Assembly (NCBI GenBank): GCA_965248675.1
Contig: CBDFJZ010000008.1
Coordinates: forward strand, 1,533,256-1,597,255
Direction: 5' to 3'
Source: Dehalococcoidia bacterium
Lineage (GTDB): Bacteria > Chloroflexota > Dehalococcoidia > UBA2979
DNA: 64,000 bases
Under the pieces are notes generated by a model. It searched no databases, was not told where the DNA came from, and saw only the letters and a program-made list of their open reading frames with translations. A program made the position numbers and the translations under genes. Below are positions 49,301 through 58,018 of the stretch, piece after piece. Each line of letters starts with the position of its first letter. Positions within the stretch are counted from its first letter, which is position 1.

Positions 49301-50427
49301 TGCGGCTGTTCGTCTACCACGAAAACGCGGAGAGCGTTCCCGCCCTGCTTGACGCGCTCGCGCGCCAGGTCGACGTGCACGCCCTCCGCGTGGTCAGCCC
49401 GTCGTGGTACGTGCAAGCACGCCGCGGACAGACGACCGGCTTCTACTGGGATGGCGCTCCCGACTCCCCGCACCAGGGCCTGGCGCTCGTCCCCGGCGTG
49501 CGCCGGTTCTCCAGGTTGTCTGCCTTGATGCTCCGCCGCTCGTATCGCGCCGCGGTCCGCCGCGACGGCACGCCCGACTATCTGCTGATCGACTCGCCCT
49601 ACCTCGAACCCTGGACCGCTTCGGTTGATGTGCCGCTGGTCTACCTCGCCGCCGATCCTTACCGCTTCTATGCGTGGCCACGGAGGCGAACCGAGCAGCT
49701 CGAAGCGAAGATCCTCGCGCGGGCGCACGCGACATTCGCGGTCTCCAATCTGCTCGCCGACGATTTCAGGGCCGCGGGCGCCGACCCGGTGTTTCGGTCT
49801 CCGACCGCTGTCGGCGCCGATTTCATCGCAGCGGCCCGCGGCGCTACCTCGATGCCAGCCGATCTGGCGGCCGTGCCGGCTCCGCGCGTCGGCATCGTGG
49901 GCAAGATGAACTCCACCTACGACTGGCGGCTAATCGAATCGCTTGCGGATGCGAGGCCGGGGGTCTCATTCGTCCTGATCGGGCCGAATCGCGAGCAGGA
50001 CCCCTCGGAACGGCGGCGGATCGAACGGGCGATCGCCCGTCGCAACGTGTTCCCGTTGGGGCTGAAATCCCACGACGAGCTCCCGTCCTATCTCAACGGG
50101 ATGGACGTGCTGTTGAATCCGCTCGAAGTCCGCGATCACAACGATCGGCGGTTTCCGCTGCGGCTGTGCGAATACCTGACCACCGATCGCCCGATCCTCA
50201 CCACGACCATCAACGAGGCGCGCTCATTCGCGCCCCACGTCGTGCCGGTCGGCGACGTTGACGAGGCGTTCGCCGCCCTCGATGCCTCGCTCGCCGGAGA
50301 GGTAGCGGTCGACGTCGAGGGTCGTCGCGCCCGGCTGCGCGACAACACCTGGGACGTGCGCGCGACGGACGTGCTGGCGGCGCTGCGATCGGTCAGCGCA
50401 GCAGCGCGCGCGCGTCGTCGCGGTTGA
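49300..50427 (+). CDS. Glycosyltransferase-like protein (GT1/GT4 C-terminal-domain type)
   Basis: 375 aa. ...RVGIVGKMNSTYDWRLIESLADARPGVSFVLIGP...LNGMDVLLNPL...LCEYLTTDRPILTT. TGATG overlap with the upstream GT gene. Family assignment is tentative. Confidence 0.5.
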   Translation: MRLFVYHENAESVPALLDALARQVDVHALRVVSPSWYVQARRGQTTGFYWDGAPDSPHQGLALVPGVRRFSRLSALMLRRSYRAAVRRDGTPDYLLIDSPYLEPWTASVDVPLVYLAADPYRFYAWPRRRTEQLEAKILARAHATFAVSNLLADDFRAAGADPVFRSPTAVGADFIAAARGATSMPADLAAVPAPRVGIVGKMNSTYDWRLIESLADARPGVSFVLIGPNREQDPSERRRIERAIARRNVFPLGLKSHDELPSYLNGMDVLLNPLEVRDHNDRRFPLRLCEYLTTDRPILTTTINEARSFAPHVVPVGDVDEAFAALDASLAGEVAVDVEGRRARLRDNTWDVRATDVLAALRSVSAAARARRRG

Positions 50428-50491
50428 ATCAGCGCCAGCGTTGGCACTTCGGTACGCTGACGGCGCGGCGGGCAGATGCTGGGGGGCGGGC

Positions 50492-50821
50492 GTGAAGCTG
50501 TGCATCGTGATCGTGCCCGGATCCGATGGTGATCGATTGCTCGATCGCCTGAGCGAGGCCGAATTTGGCGCCACAAAGATCGGATCCAGCGGTGGGTTCC
50601 TGCGCCGCGGATCCGTGACCGCCTTCGTCGCGATCGACGACGAACGCGTCGGCGACCTGATCGCGCTGTTGCATGAGCACTTCCCGGAGGTGACCGAGAC
50701 CGTGCCGATCAGCGCGCTCCCGCTGGCCGACGAGTGGGGTCAGCCGACCGACATGGTCGATGTGCGGGTTGGCGGCGCCGTCGTGTTCGTGCTCAAGCTC
50801 GAGCAGTTCGCGCGGATGTAA
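50492..50821 (+). CDS. darA: PII-like cyclic-di-AMP receptor (DarA/YaaQ, DUF970)
   Basis: From GTG 50492: VKLCIVIVPGSDGDRLLDRLSEAEFGATKIGSSGGFLRRGSVTAFVAIDDERV...VRVGGAVVFVLKLEQF. It parallels B. subtilis YaaQ throughout. The track ORF starts at 50441. Confidence 0.7.
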   Translation: MKLCIVIVPGSDGDRLLDRLSEAEFGATKIGSSGGFLRRGSVTAFVAIDDERVGDLIALLHEHFPEVTETVPISALPLADEWGQPTDMVDVRVGGAVVFVLKLEQFARM

Positions 50822-50831
50822 CGCCCGAGGC

Positions 50832-52991
50832 CTACTCGACCACCTGCAGCTGAAGGGTCGTCTGGGCCGTTCCGCCGTGGCTGAAGAGCAGCGTCCAGGT
50901 GATCCAGTCGTCGCCGATGTAGCCGGCATCCGGCTGGTAGGTGACGGTCCCCGCGCCCGCGTTCATCGAGGTCGATCCGTGGCTACCGTCTGTCACGCTG
51001 TCGAGCTGGACGAAGGAGCTGGCGGTGACGACCTGAATCGTCACCTGACCGCCGGCCTGGACGATCACCGGGCCAACAGGCGCGACCGGCCCCGCCTCGA
51101 CGGTGATGCTGACGGTGGCGGTGGCCTCGCCGCCGCGCCCGTCCGACGCGGTGTAGGTGAACGAGGTCTGCCCGGCGAAGCCGTCCGCCGTGTAGGTGAC
51201 GGTGCCGTCGCCGTTGTCCACGACCGACCCGCCGGCTGGCTGAGTCAGTGAGCTGATCGACAGCTCGTCGCCATCGGGATCGGTGTCGTTGGCGAGCACG
51301 GCGATGATGATCGGGTCGTTCTCGAAGGTCGCGCCGCTGTCGTCGACGGCCTCGGGTGGCTGGTTCTCGCCGCTGCCCCCGCCGACGGCGTCGCCCATCG
51401 TCACGGTGACGGTGGCGCCCTGATCGACGCCCTCGGCGTCGGGCACGGTGTAGCCGAACGAGTCGACGCCCTCGCACTCGATCGGCGGCGTATAGGTCAG
51501 GGTGCCGTCGCCGTTGTCGGCCGCGGTGCCGAGCGAGGCGGGCGAGACGCTGGAGATGACCAGCGTGGTGACGCCATCGCCGGCGTCGTTGGCGAGCGGA
51601 CTGATCACGATCGGCCCGTCGCAGGTCTCCAATTCGACGCTGTCATCGCTGACGAACGGGGGATCCTCCGTGCCGCCCTCTTCGCCGCCGCCAGCTTCGC
51701 CGCCACCGCCAGATCCGCCGCCTCCGCCCGATGGCGGTCCCGCGAGCGCGCCGCCGCCGACGGCGACGACCACCGTCGCGATCGCGTCTTCGTGGCCCGG
51801 ATCGACGATGCCGTCGGTGATCTCGTAGCTAAAGGCATCGACGCCGGTGAACTCCGGCTCCGGCGTGTAGATCACCCTGCTCCCGAGGATTGCGACCACG
51901 CCGTGGGCGGGCTGCTTGGTGGAGCGGATCGTCAGCGGATCCCCGTCGGGGTCCTCGTCGTTCTCGAGGACATCGATGATTGTGGCTGAGCCGTCCTCGG
52001 CGACCGCGGCGTCGTCGTTGGCGATCGGCGGGTCGTTCTGCGGCTCGACGATGATCCGGAAGCTGCACAGCTCCGGGCCATCGGGCGTCATCACCGTGTA
52101 TGTGAAGCTATCCGGACCGTGGTAATTCTCGTTGGGGATATAGGTCACGCTGCCGTCGCCGTTGTCGATCAACTCCCCGAACTGTGGCGCGTCGAAGCCG
52201 ATGAGCGTCCCTCCGGCCCCAAACGGCACCAGGCGCGCGACCAGCGGGGTGTCTTCGAGCACGATCCCGCCGGTGGCGCCGCCGATCGCCTTGAGCCAGA
52301 CGAAGTCGAAGACGTTCAGGTTCGCGGCGGTCAGCGTATTCACTCGCGCCGGCGCGCCGGGGATGAACGTGAGGTAGCGCTGCTGCGCCACCTTCCAGAC
52401 GTTCATGGTCGCGGTGTTGAAGAGCTGAGAGGCGATCAGGGCCTCCGGAATCGTGGTCCCGCTGACGCCGAGCGTCAGGCCGTCGGCCGGCGGAATCTCG
52501 AAGCGTTGCGGTTGATCGGCGATCTCGATCGTCGGCGCGCCAGCGAGCAGGCCCGGCGTGCTCACGAGCGTCGTCGCGCTGGTGCGCCGCGCGAAAACGA
52601 TGCTCTCGGGGCGAAGGTTCAGCGACGTGATCGTCTGGGCGAAGGCCGGCGCGCCCGGCACGTAGGTGCGCCAGCTCTGCGAGGCGACATGGAACATCGC
52701 GAGCGACGCAACCTCGAACGGCTGCGCGCCGGCGAGGAGCTGGGGGTCGTTGGTGCCCGCGAAGCCGACGGTGATGCCGTCGGCGTGGGGGACGGGAAAG
52801 GCGCCGGCGATCGTGCTCGCCGAGAGGCCGGGTTGGGCCGACGAACCGCCGGCGATCAGCACGGCCGCCGCGACCACGGTCAGCGCGAGTGCGAGTCGCG
52901 CAATCAGCTTCGAGAACGTTCGCCGAGCGTGCACATGTCCTCCGCGCGATCCCACCCGTTCAGTAGGGCGGGCGGAGCTGAGCGGCGTCAT
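50832..52991 (-). CDS. Secreted cadherin-like / Ig-like repeat surface protein
   Basis: 719 aa. Signal-like N-terminus, a Gly-rich linker (PPSGGGGGSGGGGEAGGGEEGG), and repeated ...NDPPxAxDD...TIxVLANDxDPDGDxLxI...GxVxYTPxxxFxGxDSFTYT units. Confidence 0.7.
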   Translation of the reverse strand: MTPLSSARPTERVGSRGGHVHARRTFSKLIARLALALTVVAAAVLIAGGSSAQPGLSASTIAGAFPVPHADGITVGFAGTNDPQLLAGAQPFEVASLAMFHVASQSWRTYVPGAPAFAQTITSLNLRPESIVFARRTSATTLVSTPGLLAGAPTIEIADQPQRFEIPPADGLTLGVSGTTIPEALIASQLFNTATMNVWKVAQQRYLTFIPGAPARVNTLTAANLNVFDFVWLKAIGGATGGIVLEDTPLVARLVPFGAGGTLIGFDAPQFGELIDNGDGSVTYIPNENYHGPDSFTYTVMTPDGPELCSFRIIVEPQNDPPIANDDAAVAEDGSATIIDVLENDEDPDGDPLTIRSTKQPAHGVVAILGSRVIYTPEPEFTGVDAFSYEITDGIVDPGHEDAIATVVVAVGGGALAGPPSGGGGGSGGGGEAGGGEEGGTEDPPFVSDDSVELETCDGPIVISPLANDAGDGVTTLVISSVSPASLGTAADNGDGTLTYTPPIECEGVDSFGYTVPDAEGVDQGATVTVTMGDAVGGGSGENQPPEAVDDSGATFENDPIIIAVLANDTDPDGDELSISSLTQPAGGSVVDNGDGTVTYTADGFAGQTSFTYTASDGRGGEATATVSITVEAGPVAPVGPVIVQAGGQVTIQVVTASSFVQLDSVTDGSHGSTSMNAGAGTVTYQPDAGYIGDDWITWTLLFSHGGTAQTTLQLQVVE

Positions 52992-53126
52992 CGGAGTCCT
53001 CCCCGACAGGCGGAAGGAGGAGCCCGCGACCAGACCGAGTGCACGCGGAGGTCAGCGAGCTGACGAGGGTGTCGTGCAGCTCGCTACAGATGCCAGCGAC
53101 GGCGAGCGCTGCGTTCGCGCTATCGG

Positions 53127-53182
53127 AGGAGGCGAAGGTGCCCTTCGCGTTACGTGCCAAGGAGGCGAAGGTGCCCTTCGCG
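53127..53182. repeat. 23-nt unit repeated with a 33-nt period across a stop codon
   Basis: AGGAGGCGAAGGTGCCCTTCGCG at 53127..53149 and again at 53160..53182, spanning the 3' end of the 53150..54142 gene. Confidence 0.7.
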
Positions 53183-54142
53183 GGGGGAGGTCGTGAGCTC
53201 GCCGCCCTCGAGCACCCGCAGGTTGCCGCGGGCGCCAGGATCGCGGACGGGCGAGATGAAGCCGGTTTCCATCGAGCCGTTGATCGCCGCGAGGAGCGCG
53301 GCCTCGTGCGGAGCGAACCGCTCGTCGACGCGCCAGCTTGCGGGGTTGGCGATGCGGATCGCCTCGAGATCGATGAGATCGTCGTCGACGAGCTCCGATC
53401 GTTCGGCGATGCCGCCGGCCGGTTCGAGTACGAGCTTCGAGTTGCCGCCTCGATGCGAGAACTTTGCTCGTCCCGCGGTGGCCTCGATCGTGATTCGGCA
53501 GTCGTCATCGGGGTGCGAGTGCAGGGTGAGCGCGCTGAGGGCGGTGTCTCCGTGGCGGATCTGGACCACGGCGGTGGCCGGCAGGTCGGTGCGTGCGCGG
53601 AGGCTGGAGACGACCAGCTGGGAGGCGGGTTCGGGCTGGAGGCGGGTAATCAGGGCAGCGCCGGCGTTCAATCCAACGTCGAGGCCGAGCGCGGCGCTGA
53701 GATCGATCTGGACGAGGTTCGGTTCCCAACCGGCGCCGCCGATCGTCAGGTTCGTCAGGAGATCGAAGCCGGCGTGGTTCAGTTCGGGGCGGATCGTGTT
53801 GAGGCCAGCGGCACCGAGGGAGACGGCGTCGACGGCGGCGCGGAGGGTGCGCGCATTGGCGATATCGCCGCGCAAGAGGATCGCCGCGCCCTGTTCGGCG
53901 GCGAGCTGGAGGAGCGCTTCGCGATCAGGAGCGTCGCCGATCAGGACCGTGTCGTACTCCACGGCGCGGAGCATCTCGCGGAGGTGCTGGTAGCAGGGGA
54001 GGCCGGTAGCGGTGCGGGCGCGGACGAGCGCGGCCGGGCGATCGTCGCCGATGGCGACGGGGCGGAGGTCGGTGCGGAGCGAGATGGCGCGGATCAGCCC
54101 GGCGGTTTGCTGATCCCATCCGCAGACGGCGAGGCGGTTCAT
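53150..54142 (-). CDS. Hypothetical protein (weak Gfo/Idh/MocA-like N-terminus)
   Basis: 330-aa ORF with coding-like composition: MNRLAVCGWDQQTAGLIRAI...YDTVLIGDAPDREALLQLAAEQGAAILL. No diagnostic motif recognised. Confidence 0.4.
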   Translation of the reverse strand: MNRLAVCGWDQQTAGLIRAISLRTDLRPVAIGDDRPAALVRARTATGLPCYQHLREMLRAVEYDTVLIGDAPDREALLQLAAEQGAAILLRGDIANARTLRAAVDAVSLGAAGLNTIRPELNHAGFDLLTNLTIGGAGWEPNLVQIDLSAALGLDVGLNAGAALITRLQPEPASQLVVSSLRARTDLPATAVVQIRHGDTALSALTLHSHPDDDCRITIEATAGRAKFSHRGGNSKLVLEPAGGIAERSELVDDDLIDLEAIRIANPASWRVDERFAPHEAALLAAINGSMETGFISPVRDPGARGNLRVLEGGELTTSPREGHLRLLGT

Positions 54143-54267
54143 ACGAGGACCTTATGGAGCAGCCCTGAGTGGCGGCGTCGGGGAAACCCCGCAGCCCGCG
54201 GCTGACGGTCCCGTGCGCAGCGCCCGGCCGTCACCGATTCGTCAGTCTGACGATCGGGCGTGGCCCC

Positions 54268-54295
54268 TAAAGGATGGGTGGGCCGACGCCGATGA
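54268..54295 (+). promoter_or_regulatory. Sigma-28 (FliA)-type promoter upstream of flagellin 1
   Basis: TAAA-N16-GCCGATGA (consensus TAAA-N15-GCCGATAA), about 100 nt upstream of ATG 54393. Confidence 0.6.
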
Positions 54296-54392
54296 TTTGG
54301 GCTGAGACACCCTGTCGGTGGCTGTGCCGATGGGATTCAGGGTAAGCCGGTACGGCTGCCGGCGGCCCAGGGGCACAGGAGGCCAAACCACC

Positions 54393-55575
54393 ATGGGAAT
54401 GTTCATCAACACGAATGTGTCGGCACTGAACGCTCAGCGAAACCTGAGCGCGACGGGCGCCAAGATGAGCAAGGCGCTGGAGCAGCTCTCCAGTGGTTTG
54501 CTCATCAACCGGGCGGCCGATGACGCCGCCGGTCTGGCGATCAGCGAGAAGATGCGGGCCCAGATCCGCGGTATGCAGATGGGTCTGCGCAACGCCCAGG
54601 ACGGCGTTTCGATGATTCAGACCGCTGAGGGTGCGCTCAACGAGACGCACGCGATTCTCCAACGCATGCGCGAGCTGACGGTGCAGGCCGGTTCGACGAT
54701 CCTGTCGACCTCGGACCGTACCTCGGTCGGCGAAGAGCTGCTGACGCTGCGGAACGAGCTGGACAACATCGCCACTCGCTCGCGATTCAACGGTCTGAAC
54801 CTGCTGACCGGTGCCCTGTCGGTGACGTTGGCGACGGTCTTCGTGGACTCGGCCGGCGTTGTCGGTGCGGCGTCGATCGCCCTCGATGTCTCGGGGGGCG
54901 GATGCCGGGACGACGTACGCGATCGCCAACGGCGCTGGCGCCGACGTGACGATCACGAACAACACCACGAACGTGGCGCAGACGATCACGCTAGCGGCCC
55001 AGGGCGGCACCGTTGGCGACATTCAGGTGGCGAACTTCGACGCGCTGGGAATCAAGCTGACGCTGACGCAGAACATCGCTGGTGCGCTGACGGGCACCGA
55101 GATGGCGGTCGACATCGCGGCGCAGACGCCGATCACGACGGACGCCGGCAGCGGAGCGGCGACGTTCCGTGTTGGCTCTGAGATCACGGACAACGTGACG
55201 GTGTCGTTCAACGACCTGCAGTCGACCGCGCTCGGTGGTGCTGGTACGGAGCTGAACACGCTGGTGGCGGACAACACCGCGGTGTCGACGGTCGCGCTGG
55301 CGGACGCGTTGCTCGGTGCGCTGGACACGGCGATCAGCCAGGTCGGCACTCAGCGCGCGAAGCTGGGTGCGGCTCAGAACCAGATGGAGTCGGCGATCGC
55401 ATCGGTCGCGGTCTCGGTCGAGAACCTGAGCGCGTCCGAGTCACGAATTCGTGACGCGGACATCGCGATGGTGTCCTCGGAGCTGGTGACGCGTCAGATC
55501 ATGCAGCAGGCGGGCGTTTCGGTGTTGGCGCAGGCCAACCAGGCTCCGCAGAGCGTGCTCGCGCTGCTGCAGTAG
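54393..55575 (+). pseudogene. fliC: Flagellin paralogue 1, one frameshift in a G6 run
   Basis: MGMFINTNVSALNAQRNLSATGAKMSKALEQLSSGLLINRAADDAAGLAISEKM... The C-terminal half (ADAGTTYAIANGAG...RIRDADIAMVSSELVTRQIMQQAGVSVLAQANQAPQSVLALLQ) is in ORF 54859..55575. Shift at GGGGGG 54893..54898. Confidence 0.85.
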
Positions 55576-55612
55576 ATCCGAACCCAGAGATCAACCGGCC
55601 ATGACGTCGGCC

Positions 55613-55657
55613 GGTAGAGAAGCGCCCCCGCGATTTCGCGGGGGCGCTTCTCTACCG
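55613..55657 (+). terminator. Long perfect hairpin after flagellin 1
   Basis: GGTAGAGAAGCGCCCCCGCG-attt-CGCGGGGGCGCTTCTCTACC. No U-tract follows. Confidence 0.55.
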
Positions 55658-55754
55658 CCCACGATCCAGCGCTGACCGCGACCAACGTTCGTCCTATCGC
55701 GTCGCCGGGCTCTGTGCGGTGCACGCACACCGTCCCGAGGTCTGTCGCGGCTTC

Positions 55755-55784
55755 CCGTTTCAGCGGAAGCCGTTTCAGCGGAAG
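55755..55784. repeat. Perfect 15-bp tandem duplication
   Basis: CCGTTTCAGCGGAAG x2. Confidence 0.8.
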
Positions 55785-56029
55785 CCAGACTGGCAGGACC
55801 GGACGGAAGAATCACCGGCCGCCCAGGTCAACCGTTGCGGTACGTGCGCCCTTTCCGGCTCGACCACCCCGCGTGAGGTAATGTCGACAACGACCTCGAG
55901 GATTACTGGCGTGCAGACGACGCCTGGCGTCGGGTCAAGCTGTACCTGCTCTCGCGCGGGCTTGCGGAGACGGAAGACCCCACGTAGGCGGCGCTCCCGC
56001 TGGCGTCTGACGTCCGCAGCGAACTCTGG

Positions 56030-56293
56030 GTGAGCTGCTTCGTGGCCGATGCACTCCCCGAGATTGCCGCACGCTTCCCCAATCAGTGGCTCGAGCCAAC
56101 GGATATCGAGGGCGACCGCGAGATCTACCGCTTGCTGATGACCAGCGTCCTCGACCGGGCGGACGGCCTGGTCGCGGCCGCCGGCGCTGAGCTCGGTGCG
56201 CTCGGTGGCGACGAACCGACCGAGCCGCGTCCGGACCTCGCGGGGTTGCTCGACCCGTCGCGGCTGATGCTCCCGCTGCTGCCCGCCGCCTGA
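56030..56293 (+). CDS. Hypothetical protein between the flagellin genes (possibly longer, see findings)
   Basis: 87-aa ORF with strongly G/C-biased third positions: ...ALPEIAARFPNQWLEPTDIEGDREIYRLLMTSVLDRADGLV... The same frame upstream also reads protein-like but is separated by TAG 55984..55986. Confidence 0.3.
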   Translation: MSCFVADALPEIAARFPNQWLEPTDIEGDREIYRLLMTSVLDRADGLVAAAGAELGALGGDEPTEPRPDLAGLLDPSRLMLPLLPAA

Positions 56294-56750
56294 CCCGCGC
56301 CCTCTTCGATTGTCGCCGACGCGGAACCTCAAGCGCCGGCTCAGTCACCGCCGGTGGCGCTGGTCGACGCGGCCGCCGAGCACGGCTGGCAGCTGGAGCG
56401 GGATCAAGCGATCGAGATCGTGCGCCGGTTGTCGCCGGCGAGGCCGCCGTTTTTCCGCTGCAAGTGCAGTCGCCTCCGATGCTTTGCGCACGGGGCTCTT
56501 ATCCAGTCGAGACAGGGTCGCGGGAACGTCGGGGTCTTCACCGGACTCGATCGGGTGGGTCTGGTCAGGCGGCGCGCGGTTCGCGGCAGCGACCGTAGTG
56601 GGCTCCCCAAGCAATCGACCATCGGCCGGTCAACGGTCTGACGATGATTCATACGAATTGGCCGGTGCGGCCGGCAGGAGCTGGTTGCAGGACCAATGAT
56701 CGCGCCGGCAGGGAAGCCGGCGAGACGGCGAAGGAGGCTGGGAGACCACC

Positions 56751-57926
56751 ATGGGAATGTTCATCAACACGAACATTGCCGCGATCAACGCTCAGCGAAA
56801 CCTGAACGTGACGGGCGGCAAAATGAGCAAGGCGCTGGAGCAGCTCTCGAGTGGTTTGCGCATCAACCGAGCGGCGGACGACGCGGCCGGCCTGGCGATC
56901 AGCGAGAAGATGCGCTCGCAGATACGCGGCATGAAGATGGGTCTGCGCAACGCCCAGGACGGCGTTTCGATGATCCAGACCGCCGAGGGTGCGCTCAACG
57001 AGACGCACGCGATCCTGCAGCGCATGCGCGAGCTGACGGTGCAGGCCGGGTCGACGATCCTCTCGACCTCGGACCGCACGTCGGTGGGTGAGGAGCTGCT
57101 GACGCTGCGCAACGAGCTGGACAACATCGCGATCCGCTCTCGCTTCAACGGTCTCAACCTGCTGACCGGCGCGCTTTCGGTGCAGACGGTGGCGGCGATC
57201 CCCGACATCGCCGGTGCCAGCACCGGTGTCGTCGCGGTCGGGATCGACGTCTCAGGCGGCGAAGCCGCCGTGACGTACAACGTGACCGACGGTGGCGCCG
57301 GCGCGGTGACGGTCACGAACGCGACCACGAGCGTGGCGCAGACGATCACCGCGGCGGCGATGGCCACGGCGAGCGGGGTGCAGACGCTGAACTTCGACGC
57401 GTTGGGCGTAAAGCTGACGCTGACGCACGACGCGACGACGAACGCCGTCACGGCGGCGGAGCTGAGCGCCGGCGTGGCTTCCGCGATCGCGACGACGGGC
57501 CAGGGGAACGCGACGTTCCGCGTCGGCTCCGAGGTGACGGACAACGTGACGGTCGGGTTCAACGATCTGCGTTCGTCAGCGCTCGGCGGTGCCGGTACCA
57601 CGCTGGACACACTCGTCGCCGACAACCAGTCGGTCGCGACGACGACCCTGGCGGACGCGCTGCTGGGGGCGTTGGACACGGCGATCGGCCAGGTCAGCAC
57701 CCAGCGTGCGAAGCTGGGTGCGGCGCAAAACCAGATGGAGTCGGCGATCGCATCGGTCGCGGTCTCGGTCGAGAACCTGAGCGCGTCCGAGTCACGAATT
57801 CGTGACGCGGACATCGCGATGGTGTCCTCGGAGCTGGTGACGCGGCAGATCATGCAGCAGGCGGGCGTTTCGGTGCTGGCGCGGGCGAACTCGTCGCCGC
57901 AGGCGGTGCTGGCGCTGCTCCAGTAG
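56751..57926 (+). CDS. fliC: Flagellin paralogue 2 (intact)
   Basis: 391 aa. MGMFINTNIAAINAQRNLNVTGGKMSKALEQLSSGLRINRAADDAAGLAISEKM...LSASESRIRDADIAMVSSELVTRQIMQQAGVSVLARANSSPQAVLALLQ. Confidence 0.95.
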   Translation: MGMFINTNIAAINAQRNLNVTGGKMSKALEQLSSGLRINRAADDAAGLAISEKMRSQIRGMKMGLRNAQDGVSMIQTAEGALNETHAILQRMRELTVQAGSTILSTSDRTSVGEELLTLRNELDNIAIRSRFNGLNLLTGALSVQTVAAIPDIAGASTGVVAVGIDVSGGEAAVTYNVTDGGAGAVTVTNATTSVAQTITAAAMATASGVQTLNFDALGVKLTLTHDATTNAVTAAELSAGVASAIATTGQGNATFRVGSEVTDNVTVGFNDLRSSALGGAGTTLDTLVADNQSVATTTLADALLGALDTAIGQVSTQRAKLGAAQNQMESAIASVAVSVENLSASESRIRDADIAMVSSELVTRQIMQQAGVSVLARANSSPQAVLALLQ

Positions 57927-57957
57927 CCGCACGCCTTCGAGGCCTCCACAGACGTCG

Positions 57958-57989
57958 AGCAAGCCCCCGCGGCCACGCGGGGGCTTGCT
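57958..57989 (+). terminator. Hairpin after flagellin 2
   Basis: AGCAAGCCCCCGCG-gcca-CGCGGGGGCTTGCT. It shares the GCCCCCGCG/CGCGGGGGC core with the flagellin-1 hairpin. Confidence 0.55.
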
Positions 57990-58018
57990 GTTGCCGCGAG
58001 GGAGCGACACCCGAGGCG

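Noticed and set aside
54893-54898. G6 tract in flagellin 1 as a slipped-strand phase-variation switch.
   Set aside because: Frameshifts at equally short homopolymers occur in many unrelated housekeeping genes here (mgtE, carboxyltransferase, binding protein, glycosyltransferase). The tract is therefore not special. A 6-nt run is also short for contingency loci.
56600-56750. Second sigma-28 promoter upstream of flagellin 2.
   Set aside because: A GACGATGA -10-like element exists (56640..56647). However, no TAAA-like -35 lies 15-16 nt upstream, so the match is too weak to call.
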